Shown: positions 8,655 through 18,947, numbered from the stretch's first letter. The stretch is 64,000 nt of DNA from an uncultured delta proteobacterium (GCA_963794325.1 CAWCDG010000005.1:289514-353513), one strand, 5' to 3'. Notes: a model not told the origin generated them from the letters alone. A program made the numbers and translations.

Positions 8655-11237
8655 GTGCCCGTGGCAGTCAAGCAGACACCCCTCATCGCGCAGTATCTCA
8701 GCGTCAAGCAGCGCGTCCCCGACGCGATCCTGTTTTTTCGCCTCGGCGATTTCTACGAGATGTTCTTCGAGGACGCCGAAGTCGGCGCGCGCGTGCTCGA
8801 TATCCAGCTCACTTCGCGCAACAAGGACGGCGTGCCGCTGTGCGGCGTGCCCTACCATAGTGCGGAACCGTACATCGCCAAGCTGCTGAAGGCCGGCCAC
8901 AAGGTCGCGATCTGCGAGCAAGGCACGCCCGACCCCAAGACGCCCAAGTTGATGCCGCGGCAAATCGTGCGCGTGATCACGCCCGGCACCGTCGGCGAGG
9001 AGATGGTGCTGACGGCGGCGGAGAAAAGCTACCTGGTCGCGGTCACCGGCGCCGAGGGTACCGGATTCACGCTGGCAGCGCTCGACGTGTCGACGGGCGA
9101 GTTCCTGGCGACACAGGTTCGCGAGGCCTCGACGCTGTGCGAGGAGATCGCGCGAATCGCGCCGCGCGAAATTGTGATCGCGGCGAAAGACGGCGAGTTG
9201 GGAGCGCTGCTGAAAGACTTGAACTGCTCGCTGACGACGCTCGATCACGAATCGTTCGGCGCCGAGCGCGCGATGGCGGCATTCTCGAATCGGTTCGCGA
9301 GCGCATCTGCGGAACTTAACCAATCGATCGCCCACACGGCGGGAATCGCGCTGCTCTATGTCGAGGATACCTTCGGGCACGACCTGGCGCATATCGCAGC
9401 GCCGCGTCTGTACCGGATTGCCGAGTACATGGTGGTGGACGAGACCACGCGGCGGCATCTCGAACTGATCGCGTCCACCGACGGCGCGCGCAAAGGATCG
9501 TTGCTCTCGATTCTCGACGAGACGCTGACCGCGGTCGGCGCGCGCACGCTGGGCAACTGGATCATCTATCCGCTCATGGCGCTCGACGCGATTCACGCGC
9601 GACACGACGCGCTCGAAGAACTGTTCGACGCGGACCTCGGCGGTACGCTGGCGGAGTCGTTGAAGCGAATCGGCGACCTCGAGCGGCTCGCGGGACGAAT
9701 CGGTGCGATGCGCGCATCGCCGCGGGATTGTCTTCGTCTCGGCGATGCGCTCGGCGCGGCGGACTCGCTCAAACAAGCGATGGGAGCGCTGAAGAGCCCG
9801 CTCATCCGCGAGCAGGCTGCGCGAATCTCGCCGATACCCGCGCTGGTCGCGCAAATCGCGGCCACGCTGTCCGACGAGCCTCCCGTCAATCCGCGCGACG
9901 GCAACGTGATTCGAGCGGGCCTCAGCGCCGAGGTCGATGAACTGCGGAGTCTGGCGTCGGGCGCCCGCGGGGTGATCGCGAAGTTGGAAGCCACCGAGCG
10001 CGAGCGCACCAGCATCCCGTCGCTCAAGGTCCGCTACAACAATATCTTCGGCTATTACATCGAGGTCACCAAATCCAATCTCGAACGGGTGCCCGCCGAC
10101 TATGAGCGCAAACAGACGCTGGTCAGTGCCGAACGCTTCACCACGCCCGCGCTCAAGGAACTCGAGCGTAAAATCCTGACGGCGGAATCTGCGCTCAAGG
10201 AACTCGAGCTGCAGATTTTCACCAAGCTGTTACGCGACCTGCAGTCGCACGCTGCCAGGATCCTTGAAACCGCTCGCGCCATTGGCGAATTCGACGCATT
10301 GATGTCGCTGGCGAAAGTCGCGCGGCATCGCGGGTACGTTCGTCCGAAGATCAACACCGGCCTTCGGATTCGGGTGCGTGACGGACGGCATCCGGTGCTC
10401 GAAGCCGGGATGCGCGCGGGCGAGTTCGTGCCCAACGACCTCGACGCGGAGCCCGACGCGCGTCAAATCCTGCTGATCACCGGACCCAACATGGCCGGCA
10501 AATCGACCTACCTGCGGCAGGTCGCGTTGATCGCGATCATGGCGCAAATCGGCAGCTTCGTTCCCGCCGCCGAGGCGACTATCGGGCTTATCGATCGCGT
10601 GCTGACGCGAATCGGCGCGCGCGACGAGCTGCGGCGCGGCGAGTCAACTTTCATGGTCGAGATGAGCGAGACGGCGCGCCTGCTGAAGGGGCTCTCCGAG
10701 CGCAGCCTGCTGCTGCTCGACGAGGTCGGGCGCGGCACCAGCACTTTCGATGGGCTTGCGATCGCGTGGGCCGTCGCCGAGTACCTGCACGATCAGACTC
10801 GCGCGAAGGTGCTGTTCGCGACGCATTTTCACGAGCTGACCGACCTCGCGCGCGAGCGTCCGCGAGTAAAGAACCTGAGCATGGCGGTGCGCGAATGGGG
10901 CGACGAGGTAATTTTCCTGCGCCGCGTTATCGAGCAGCCGGCGTCGCGAAGTTACGGAATCGAAGTGGCGCGCCTGGCGGGATTGCCTGATTCGATAATC
11001 ACCCGCGCGCGGGAAATTCTCGCCAACCTCGAGCAAGGCGAACTCGACGAAGCCGGGATGCCGCGAATCGCCCGCGACCGCCGCGCGAAAATGCCAGCGC
11101 CCCAGCTCGGCCTGTTCTCGCCACGAGAAGAGCGCATCGTCGATGAACTCCGCTCGCTCGACATCGAACGAATGACCCCAATGGACGCGCTGAACGCCCT
11201 AGCCCGCCTCGCCGCCCGCCTCAAGCAGGAGAAGTAG
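8655..11237 (+). CDS. mutS: DNA mismatch repair protein MutS
   Basis: N-terminus TPLIAQYLSVKQ...FFRLGDFYEMFFEDA, Walker A GPNMAGKSTYLRQ, and STFMVEM. Length is 860 aa. Confidence 0.97.
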   Translation: MPVAVKQTPLIAQYLSVKQRVPDAILFFRLGDFYEMFFEDAEVGARVLDIQLTSRNKDGVPLCGVPYHSAEPYIAKLLKAGHKVAICEQGTPDPKTPKLMPRQIVRVITPGTVGEEMVLTAAEKSYLVAVTGAEGTGFTLAALDVSTGEFLATQVREASTLCEEIARIAPREIVIAAKDGELGALLKDLNCSLTTLDHESFGAERAMAAFSNRFASASAELNQSIAHTAGIALLYVEDTFGHDLAHIAAPRLYRIAEYMVVDETTRRHLELIASTDGARKGSLLSILDETLTAVGARTLGNWIIYPLMALDAIHARHDALEELFDADLGGTLAESLKRIGDLERLAGRIGAMRASPRDCLRLGDALGAADSLKQAMGALKSPLIREQAARISPIPALVAQIAATLSDEPPVNPRDGNVIRAGLSAEVDELRSLASGARGVIAKLEATERERTSIPSLKVRYNNIFGYYIEVTKSNLERVPADYERKQTLVSAERFTTPALKELERKILTAESALKELELQIFTKLLRDLQSHAARILETARAIGEFDALMSLAKVARHRGYVRPKINTGLRIRVRDGRHPVLEAGMRAGEFVPNDLDAEPDARQILLITGPNMAGKSTYLRQVALIAIMAQIGSFVPAAEATIGLIDRVLTRIGARDELRRGESTFMVEMSETARLLKGLSERSLLLLDEVGRGTSTFDGLAIAWAVAEYLHDQTRAKVLFATHFHELTDLARERPRVKNLSMAVREWGDEVIFLRRVIEQPASRSYGIEVARLAGLPDSIITRAREILANLEQGELDEAGMPRIARDRRAKMPAPQLGLFSPREERIVDELRSLDIERMTPMDALNALARLAARLKQEK

Positions 11238-11251
11238 CAAGGGTACCTTTT

Positions 11252-11457
11252 CCTTGTGTCATTCAGAGCGAAGCGATCCCTTGTGTCATCCTGACGAAGC
11301 GAGCAACGCGAGCGGCAGGACATGGCTTCTGGCCTCCGGACTGCTTCGCGCCACACGCGAAGCCGGTTCCGGTCTCCGAGTTCGCGCGCTGCGCGCGCTC
11401 CATTTCGGCCGCTGTTCAATTCGCTCACAAACTCAGAACGAAGCGAAGAATCCTGAC
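11252..11457. repeat. Short intergenic repeats of the tcagagcgaagcga / cctgacgaagcgag type (family C)
   Basis: Tandem units ccttgtgtcattcagagcgaagcgat (11252-11277) and cccttgtgtcatcctgacgaagcgagcaa (11278-11306), plus a related unit actcagaacgaagcgaagaatcctgac (11431-11457). Confidence 0.6.
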
Positions 11458-11507
11458 AGCGCGTACATTTTCAGGTACGTGTACTATGAAAGGTACAAGT
11501 TGGAACG

Positions 11508-11786
11508 ATGAGTAGGAAACACATGGGCTCCAGAATCGATGATTTCCTCAAGGAGGAGGGAATTTTTGATGAGGCGGAAGCAGAGGCGGTCAAGGAAGTC
11601 GTGGCATGGCAGCTCGCCGAGGCCATGAAGAAGCGGGGAATCTCGAAGAATAAGATGGCAGCGCGGCTCAAGACCAGTCGCAGCCAGGTTGACCGCATTC
11701 TTGATCCGAAGAACGACATCACACTTTCCAGTTTGCAGCGGGCGGCAGCGATCGTCGGTCGGCGCGTCTCGATCGAGCTGGTCTAG
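11508..11786 (+). CDS. XRE-type helix-turn-helix protein, antitoxin-like, with no adjacent toxin
   Basis: 92 aa. The MAARLKTSRSQVDRILDPKNDITLSSLQRAAAIVGRRVSIEL layout is typical of HTH antitoxin/regulator proteins. GC is lower than in the flanks. Confidence 0.65.
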   Translation: MSRKHMGSRIDDFLKEEGIFDEAEAEAVKEVVAWQLAEAMKKRGISKNKMAARLKTSRSQVDRILDPKNDITLSSLQRAAAIVGRRVSIELV

Positions 11787-11905
11787 AGAAGGAATAAAGC
11801 ACCGCCCCCTCCATTGACAGAATCTGCCCAAAGCCTGAATGTCCGGAAGATTGAAGATTGTGCCTGTTCAAAAAATTCACTTTTGATCACTCAGAGGGGA
11901 CACCG

Positions 11906-12952
11906 ATGTTTGTCCGTAATGCCTGGTACATAGCAGCGTGGTCTGACGAAGTTGCACAGTCGCCGCTGGGCCGACGGGTTCTTGGCGAGCCGGTCGTCCT
12001 GTTCAGGGATTCCGCGGGAGCAATCGCCGCGCTCCAGGACCGATGCTGCCATCGCGGCGCGCCGTTATCGTTGGGCGAGGTCGTCCCGCGCGGAATCCAA
12101 TGCGGGTACCACGGGCTGGTCTTCGACTCCGCAGGACAATGCGTGCTGGTGCCGGGAGATCATAAGGTGCCACCGGGCGCTCAGGTCCGCTCTTATCCGG
12201 TCGTCGAGCGGGACGCGTTCGTATGGATATGGATGGGGAAGCCCGAACAGGCGGATCGCTCGCTGATCATCGACTTCCCTTACCACAACGATTCCCGAAA
12301 TTGGCCGCATCAACATACGATGATGCATTTGCGCAGCGGCTACTTGCTGGTGTTGGACAACCTGATGGATCTTTCGCATCTGGGCTACGTGCATAAAGGC
12401 ACTGTCGGCGGTGACGCGACTACTCACGTCGAGGCCAAAATGCGGACCGTGCGCACGCCCAACGGCGTGAGATTCGAGCGCTGGATGATCGACTCGGTGC
12501 CGCCACCGACTTACGTCAAGGCTGTCGGATTCAAAGGCAAGGTGGATCGATGGCAGGAGATCGAATTCGTCGCGCCCAACGCGGTGCTTCAATGGAACGG
12601 CGCGATCGACGCGGGGACAGGTGTGTTGCGCGACTGGAAATACGATAGACCCCGCGAAAACTGTTTCTCGTTCAGGCTATTCCACGGCATAACGCCCGAA
12701 ACTGAGAACAGCAGCTTTTATTTTTGGTCGTCGGCAAATGGCTACAGCCAAAATGATCCCAGTGCGACTCGCCAGCTATTTGATGAAATCGCCAGGACTT
12801 TCGAACAGGACAAGGCGGTCCTCGAAGCTCAGCAACAGCGACTGCTCGAGCTTCCCGACGGGCCGCTGGTCGAAATTCACGGCGATGCGGCACGGATTCA
12901 TGCGCGGCGCGCAATTGATCGTCTGATCGCAACCGAGCAGTCGCCGCGTTGA
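11906..12952 (+). CDS. Rieske [2Fe-2S] non-heme iron oxygenase alpha subunit (VanA/phthalate-family-like)
   Basis: Rieske motif CCHRGAPLS...CGYHGLVF and the NLMDLSHLGYVH iron-site region. ATG at 11906 is preceded by AGAGGGGA. Confidence 0.85.
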   Translation: MFVRNAWYIAAWSDEVAQSPLGRRVLGEPVVLFRDSAGAIAALQDRCCHRGAPLSLGEVVPRGIQCGYHGLVFDSAGQCVLVPGDHKVPPGAQVRSYPVVERDAFVWIWMGKPEQADRSLIIDFPYHNDSRNWPHQHTMMHLRSGYLLVLDNLMDLSHLGYVHKGTVGGDATTHVEAKMRTVRTPNGVRFERWMIDSVPPPTYVKAVGFKGKVDRWQEIEFVAPNAVLQWNGAIDAGTGVLRDWKYDRPRENCFSFRLFHGITPETENSSFYFWSSANGYSQNDPSATRQLFDEIARTFEQDKAVLEAQQQRLLELPDGPLVEIHGDAARIHARRAIDRLIATEQSPR

Positions 12953-13856
12953 AACCAGGACAATACGACGCGCGCCAAGGTAAGCCCTTTATAGTGGGGC
13001 GGGCCGCCGTGCCCGCCATCGACGCGCGGGCGTCCGCGCCCACGCTTACCGATGAATGGCGCTGGGTGTGGCCGGGACCTCGAGCCCTATCGAACGATGC
13101 GCAAGGACTGGATGATGCGGTTGATTTCCGGCTGCGAAACGCCCCGTCGCTTCCCTTGGCTCTGCAAGCGAAGGTGAATTCAACGCGCTCGTCGTCTGAA
13201 AATAGCTCGTCCACCACTTCGTGCGGCCGATTTTGCGGATTTCCGAATTGGAAGCCTCGGAAATCCTTTGTTCGAATAAGATAGATGCCTGAGTCCGCTT
13301 CGCGCGCCATGGTCCCCTTGAGTAGCAGCAGCATCATGGCTCGAACGGCTTCTTTTCGCGACGTGAAAATCGAGATACTGCCGGGAGTCATCTCAAGAAT
13401 ATTGCGCGTGAGGGCATAGTCTGATCGAAAGGTCTCATCTCCGTAGAGAGCCCTCAGCTTTGTTAAACTTTCTGCATCAAACTTCTGGCCCAACGTGGGG
13501 TATAAAGTGATTCGCTCTTTTGCTGGGAAAGTCTGTAAGACGATTCCTTTCCCCGAATGAAAGTCGATCAGTTGCCACGTTCCGATGAGCCTGGTTTTCT
13601 GCTCGTCCAGATCGTTCCAGGGAACTTCGAATTCAGAGTCGAAATAGGAAAGTCGCTTGCCCGGCGCCTTGGAAATAGATGCGTCCGTCAGTTCAACCGG
13701 GACTTGCCACAGCGCGGGATCTTCCCAACCGAAATAGCGCGCTTCTAAAGCAATCGCAGTTTGGACGCCGAAGAACCACACGTATATGGTGAGGGCACCG
13801 GCTGCAATTCCGAACCAAATCAGGATGCGACGCCATCTAGGCATTCTGTCTGCCAC
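12672..13856 (-). CDS. Hypothetical protein with an N-terminal membrane anchor; the 3' boundary is doubtful
   Basis: The N-terminal TM segment is ILIWFGIAAGALTIYVWFFGV. The plausible coding part is the lower-GC 13150-13856. The ORF then runs antisense through 280 nt of the Rieske gene with Arg/Ala/Ser-rich junk-like sequence. Confidence 0.4.
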   Translation of the reverse strand: MADRMPRWRRILIWFGIAAGALTIYVWFFGVQTAIALEARYFGWEDPALWQVPVELTDASISKAPGKRLSYFDSEFEVPWNDLDEQKTRLIGTWQLIDFHSGKGIVLQTFPAKERITLYPTLGQKFDAESLTKLRALYGDETFRSDYALTRNILEMTPGSISIFTSRKEAVRAMMLLLLKGTMAREADSGIYLIRTKDFRGFQFGNPQNRPHEVVDELFSDDERVEFTFACRAKGSDGAFRSRKSTASSSPCASFDRARGPGHTQRHSSVSVGADARASMAGTAARPTIKGLPWRASYCPGFNAATARLRSDDQLRAAHESVPHRREFRPAARREARAVAVAELRGPPCPVRKSWRFHQIAGESHWDHFGCSHLPTTKNKSCCSQFRALCRGIA

Positions 13857-13972
13857 GAAATCTTAAGAGCAGGGCCAAGAAAGAAAAGCAAGGGAGGTTC
13901 GCGGTGACACCGTTCAGGGCGTGGCAGTCGCCTCAACTGGCAGCTATCCTTGGATGTTGTGGGTAGCTTGCG

Positions 13973-15247
13973 GTGATGCGGAAAATGATGGCGGTTGCGG
14001 TTGCGACGGCGGCGATTTGTGCGACGCCCGCCTTCGTACGCGCCAGTGTTCCCACCTCAGTCTTGAGCTCGGCACGAATTGAGCATCGCGGGGCTACTCT
14101 CGAAATACATTTTGGATTCAGCGGACCTGCTCCACGATTCGAGCTCAGCACGCACGGCAACGAACTCTGGATTGCGCTCGGTCGGACTCGCGTCGCGATT
14201 CCGCCGCGGCCGTTGTTCGGCCGTGAGTCGGGGCCGGTTTTGAGCGTCCGCGCGATTCAGTCCGAAGGTGGCTCGCGAATCGTGGTCGAGGTGGTCGGCA
14301 ATTCCGATTACTCGATCGCGCGGCTCCGCGACAGAAACGAAATAGTGCTGCGCGTCGCGACGAGCGGCGCTGATCCGAATATCATGGCGCCGATCATCGT
14401 TCACAATGATGCGCCGCGCCGCCCTGCCCCGCCCATCGCGCGCCCGGTGGCGTTCGCGCCGGCGGAGAATCCTCGTCCTCGTCCTGTTTCGCTGGCGCAG
14501 CCGATCGCGCCCGCGCCCGTCGCTTTGAATGAGGACAATCGTCAGCCGGGGCATTTTCTCGTGATGATCGATCCCGGTCATGGCGGCTACGATCCCGGGA
14601 CACAATCGTCGGACGGCGCGATGGAGAAAGATCTCGCGCTCCAAATCGCGACGCGTCTCAAAGCCGCTCTGGAAGCCCGCGGAATCCGCGCTCAACTTAC
14701 GCGCTCGACCGACACTTTCATCAGTCTCGCCGCGCGCACTCGAATTGCGAATAGCGCCGGCGCCGACCTGTTCGTTTCGATCCATCTCAATTCGAGCCCG
14801 AACGCCGACACCACTGGAATCGAAGTCTATTATCTGAACAACACTACGGACCGTGCGACGATTCGGCTGGCGCGGATGGAGAACGGCGGCGACGGCGGCT
14901 ATGGCACCCCGAACGACTCCAACTTAAACTACATCCTGACCGACCTGCGCCAGAACTATAAGGCGACGGAAGCGGCTTCTCTGGCCCGGATGATCGATGC
15001 GCAGACGGTCGCCGATCTCGATGCGGGACTTGGACTGAACGTGAACGCGCTCGGAGCAAAGATGGGACCATTTTACGTGCTGGTCGGCGCGCATATGCCG
15101 GCTGTGCTGGTCGAATGCGGCTTCATGTCGAATGCGGCGGAAGCGGCCCGGCTCGAATCGCCGGCGTACGAGGACGTGCTTGGCCGCGCGATCGCCACCT
15201 CAGTCGCGGACTATTTCGACGCCGATGTGGCAGCGGGAAATTTGTGA
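13973..15247 (+). CDS. amiC: N-acetylmuramoyl-L-alanine amidase with signal peptide and AMIN-like N-terminal domain
   Basis: Amidase_3 motifs IDPGHGGYDPG and ADLFVSIHLNS, and ECGFMSN. A signal peptide is present. Confidence 0.88.
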   Translation: MMRKMMAVAVATAAICATPAFVRASVPTSVLSSARIEHRGATLEIHFGFSGPAPRFELSTHGNELWIALGRTRVAIPPRPLFGRESGPVLSVRAIQSEGGSRIVVEVVGNSDYSIARLRDRNEIVLRVATSGADPNIMAPIIVHNDAPRRPAPPIARPVAFAPAENPRPRPVSLAQPIAPAPVALNEDNRQPGHFLVMIDPGHGGYDPGTQSSDGAMEKDLALQIATRLKAALEARGIRAQLTRSTDTFISLAARTRIANSAGADLFVSIHLNSSPNADTTGIEVYYLNNTTDRATIRLARMENGGDGGYGTPNDSNLNYILTDLRQNYKATEAASLARMIDAQTVADLDAGLGLNVNALGAKMGPFYVLVGAHMPAVLVECGFMSNAAEAARLESPAYEDVLGRAIATSVADYFDADVAAGNL

Positions 15248-17991
15248 GCCTCCTGACGGCGGATCACGCCGAGCTAGTCCCCGGTACCGCATCTTCGCCG
15301 CGTGGCGAGGACGCGCTGCTCGCGCAATTCGTTGCGAGCAAGACCCCCGGCCTCAATGCCCGCGCTTATTTGGAATCCATCCGCGCCGAGCTAGGTGAGC
15401 GTCATTTCTCCGGCGCGAGCGGCGGCGAGATCACAGCTGCGATGACCTCGGCGATGGACGATCTGCTGCGCGCGCTGTTCCGCTATGCGGAGGCGGAGCA
15501 CAGCCGGCGCGGTCCCAAGCTCAACCAGAAAATCGCGGTAGTCGCACGCGGCGGTTACGGGCGCGGCGAGCTGAATCCGCAATCCGACGTCGATCTCCTC
15601 TTTCTGCACGATTACAAGCGCGGTCCGTACGCGGAAATCGTCACCGAAATAATTTTGCACGCGCTATGGGATGCGGGCCTGATGGTCGGACACGGGGTTC
15701 GCACGGCCAAGGAATGCGTGCGGCTCGCGAATGAAGACCTGAAAGAAAAGACCGCGATCCTCGACGCGCGATTTTTATGCGGTGACGAAAAGCTCTACGC
15801 CGAATTCGACAAGCTGCTCATCGCCGAGGTCCTCAATCGCAACCAGGACAAGTTCTTCGCCAGCAAGCTCGAGGAAAGCCGCAAACGCCACGCCCAGTAT
15901 GGCGATTCGATCTACCTGCTCGAGCCGCAGATCAAGGACGGCGAAGGCGGGCTGCGCGATCTGCACACTGCGATGTGGCTGGCCAAGGTAAAATACAAGG
16001 TCCATTCGCTCGAAGAGCTGGTGCAAAAGGCCGTCATCACCGAGCCCGAAGCGGCCGAGGTGATCGAGGCGCGCGATTTTCTCTGGCGCGTGCGCAACTC
16101 GCTGCACTTTCTGAGCGGCCGCCACTTCGATCAGATCACATTCGAGATGCAGGAGCGGATCGAGCCGATGCTCGGCTTCAAGCCCGAGGAAGGACAGGCC
16201 GCGGGCTCGGCCCTGATGCGCGCGTACTATCAGCATGCATCGACGGTCCATCGATTTGCCGAGGGGCTGATTGCGCGAGTGATCGAGAACAGTCCCGGAG
16301 GACGATTTTTTCGTCGCACCCCGACCCGCAAGATTCGTCCCGGCGTGATCGTTCAGGGCAGCCTGCTGAGTATCGTGCAGACCGATTTCTTTCAGCGCGA
16401 TCCCTTGAACCTGATTACGATCTACGCCGACTGCCAGGCGCAGGACGTGAGGCTATCGGGCAGCACATACCAGTTGATTCGCGACAACGTCGGATTGATC
16501 GACGACAACATGCGCAAAAATCCACGCGTCGCCGAGGCGCTGATGACGATTCTGTCGGCGCGCCAGCGTGTTGCCGAAACGCTCGAAGCGATGCATCTGT
16601 CGGGCGTGCTCGGCGCGATTATTCCCGAGTTCGGCAATCTCTACGCGCGCGTCCTGCACGACCTCTACCATATCTACACCGTCGATCGTCATTCACTGGT
16701 CGCAGTGCGCGAGCTTGAGCGATTGCGCACCGGGGAGTTCAAGGATTCGACTCCGCTACTCACCGAAGTCGCGCGCGAGCTCCCTCACCTGCCGCTGGTG
16801 TTCCTCGCGCTGCTGCTACATGACATCGGCAAGGGCCACGGCCACGACCATCATGAGCGCGGCGCGAGCCTGACCGCGGAAGTGTCGCAGCGTCTCGGAC
16901 TCAACAACGAGGAAATCGATCTCGTTGTGTTCCTGGTGCGCAATCATCTGATGATGTCGCAGACCGCGCAGAAGGGTGACCTCGACGATCGAACTACCGT
17001 CACGGAATTTGCGCGCATTGTCGGATCGATCGATCGTCTGAAGGCGCTCTACCTGCTTACATACGCGGACATGCGCGCCGTCGCGCCGAAGGTCTACAAC
17101 AACTGGCGCGACATGTTGCTGAGCGATCTCTACCTGCGCGCGCTCAAGGTGCTCGAGCAGGGCGATCGCGAGGCGGTCGATCCTGCACGCCGGCTGGCGA
17201 CAGTTAAAGCCAGCGTGCGCGAGACCTTGCTCGCCGCGTCGGCTCCTGAAGCGGACGTCGCCGCTTTCCTCGATGAGATGCCGGACCGCTACTTCTTCAC
17301 CGTGCCTGAGGACGACATCCCGCTGCACTTCGACTTGATGCGATCGCTCGACGATCGTCCGCTGGTCTGTCGCGTCAGACACTTTCCCGAACTCGAATTC
17401 AGCGAGTTTATCGTCGTGACGCACGATCGGCCGGGACTGTTCGCGATGATCGCGGGCGCGCTGACCGCCAACAATCTCAACATCCTGTCGGCTCGAATCA
17501 CGACGCGCTCCAACGGTGTCGCGATGGACGTGTTTCGCGTGTCGCATCATATGGGGCAGGCCTCGATGGCGCTGGAAGAGGACCGATGGCTGCGGGTCGA
17601 GCATGACCTGGAACGCGTCATCACCGGCCAGCAGGATATCGCGGCGCTGGTTGCCGCCGCGCATCACGTGCAGAGCGCCGGTCGCAAGTTCGTGCGCCAC
17701 GTGCCGACCGAAGTCACCGTTGACAATCGTACCTCCGAGCAGTTCACCGTCATCGACGTGTTCACCCAGGACCGCGGCGGTCTGCTGTTCGCGATCACCC
17801 ACACGCTCTTCCGGCTGGGCCTGCGAATCCACCTCGCGCGCATCTCAACCAATGCCGATCAGGCGCTCGACGTATTTTATGTTAGCGATCGCGACGGTGG
17901 GAAAATTGAGGATCTGGATCGAATGCGCGAGCTGCGCGCCGCGCTGCTCGAGAAGGTCGAGCAGAATCCCCGCGCCGGGGCAGCAGCGTGA
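15244..17991 (+). CDS. glnD: [Protein-PII] uridylyltransferase/uridylyl-removing enzyme
   Basis: NTase region GGYGRGELNPQSDVDLLFL, HD domain LLLHDIGKGHGHDHHERG and two C-terminal ACT-like regions. The GTG start overlaps the amidase stop (GTGA). The ORF extension back to 15115 overlaps amiC and is rejected. Confidence 0.93.
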   Translation: MSLLTADHAELVPGTASSPRGEDALLAQFVASKTPGLNARAYLESIRAELGERHFSGASGGEITAAMTSAMDDLLRALFRYAEAEHSRRGPKLNQKIAVVARGGYGRGELNPQSDVDLLFLHDYKRGPYAEIVTEIILHALWDAGLMVGHGVRTAKECVRLANEDLKEKTAILDARFLCGDEKLYAEFDKLLIAEVLNRNQDKFFASKLEESRKRHAQYGDSIYLLEPQIKDGEGGLRDLHTAMWLAKVKYKVHSLEELVQKAVITEPEAAEVIEARDFLWRVRNSLHFLSGRHFDQITFEMQERIEPMLGFKPEEGQAAGSALMRAYYQHASTVHRFAEGLIARVIENSPGGRFFRRTPTRKIRPGVIVQGSLLSIVQTDFFQRDPLNLITIYADCQAQDVRLSGSTYQLIRDNVGLIDDNMRKNPRVAEALMTILSARQRVAETLEAMHLSGVLGAIIPEFGNLYARVLHDLYHIYTVDRHSLVAVRELERLRTGEFKDSTPLLTEVARELPHLPLVFLALLLHDIGKGHGHDHHERGASLTAEVSQRLGLNNEEIDLVVFLVRNHLMMSQTAQKGDLDDRTTVTEFARIVGSIDRLKALYLLTYADMRAVAPKVYNNWRDMLLSDLYLRALKVLEQGDREAVDPARRLATVKASVRETLLAASAPEADVAAFLDEMPDRYFFTVPEDDIPLHFDLMRSLDDRPLVCRVRHFPELEFSEFIVVTHDRPGLFAMIAGALTANNLNILSARITTRSNGVAMDVFRVSHHMGQASMALEEDRWLRVEHDLERVITGQQDIAALVAAAHHVQSAGRKFVRHVPTEVTVDNRTSEQFTVIDVFTQDRGGLLFAITHTLFRLGLRIHLARISTNADQALDVFYVSDRDGGKIEDLDRMRELRAALLEKVEQNPRAGAAA

Positions 17992-18947
17992 GTGCAGCCG
18001 GCTGGGACGAGCTTATCGATCGCCATCTGTCGCGCCAGGCGGTCGAGCGCGGGCTGAGCCGCCATTCGATGGAGGCATACGCGCACGACCTCAGCCTGTT
18101 TCAATCGTGGTGCCGCGAATCCGGCCTCGAGCCCGCGCAGCTCGACGCGGCGGCACTGACGGCGTACCTCGAAGCGCTCGCCGATCAGGGATTTGCGGTC
18201 AGCTCACAACGCCGGCATCTCGCCAGCCTGCGCGGGCTCGCGCGCGAGCTGGTGGACGAGAAGATCATCGAGCGCGACCCCGCACCCGCGCTGAAACTCA
18301 GGCCGCATCCGCGCAAACTGCCTCGTACGCTGTCGTCGAATGACATCGAAAATCTGATCGCCGCGATCGACGCGCACGATGCTCGCGGACTACGCGATCG
18401 CGCGATGCTCGAGATGGCGTATGGATGCGGGCTGCGGGTCTCGGAGCTGGTCGGCTTGCAATTGCATCAGGTGAATCTCGCGGCCGGCGCGGTGGTGGTG
18501 CTCGGCAAGGGCAGCAAGGAGCGGATGGTGCCGATGGGCGGTGCCGCGATTCGCACGCTGAAGGCTTACCTCGAGCGCCGCGACGAGATTCTCAATCGGG
18601 CAGGCAGCGCCAACGGCAAGAAGAAAGTTCCACGACGGGTGTCGGCGGTTTTCATCACGAGGCTTGGGCGCGCGATGACCCGGCAAGGATTTTTCAAGGC
18701 GCTCAAAGGATGGGCCGCCAACGACCCGCGACTCTCATGGATCAGCCCGCATACGTTGCGGCATTGCTTCGCCACGCATTTGCTCGAGGGCGGGGCCGAT
18801 TTGCGCGCCGTGCAGGAGATGCTCGGTCACAGCGATATTTCGACCACCCAGATTTACACGCATCTCTCGAAGAGCCACCTGCGCAAGGTGCATCGCACGT
18901 TTCATCCGCGCGCCACCCGCGCGAGCGTGGGCGAAGGTACGGTCTGA
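17988..18947 (+). CDS. xerD: Tyrosine site-specific recombinase, XerC/XerD family
   Basis: C-terminal catalytic region HTLRHCFATHLLEGGADLRAVQEMLGHSDISTTQIYTH. The start overlaps the glnD stop (GTGA). The XerD versus XerC assignment is uncertain. Confidence 0.8.
   Translation: MSAAGWDELIDRHLSRQAVERGLSRHSMEAYAHDLSLFQSWCRESGLEPAQLDAAALTAYLEALADQGFAVSSQRRHLASLRGLARELVDEKIIERDPAPALKLRPHPRKLPRTLSSNDIENLIAAIDAHDARGLRDRAMLEMAYGCGLRVSELVGLQLHQVNLAAGAVVVLGKGSKERMVPMGGAAIRTLKAYLERRDEILNRAGSANGKKKVPRRVSAVFITRLGRAMTRQGFFKALKGWAANDPRLSWISPHTLRHCFATHLLEGGADLRAVQEMLGHSDISTTQIYTHLSKSHLRKVHRTFHPRATRASVGEGTV

Noticed and set aside
15115-15243. An N-terminal extension of the glnD ORF (958 aa) overlaps the amidase gene by 130 nt.
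   Set aside because: The extension is Arg/Gly-rich and non-homologous. A GTG at 15244 overlaps the amidase stop and gives the expected GlnD N-terminus.
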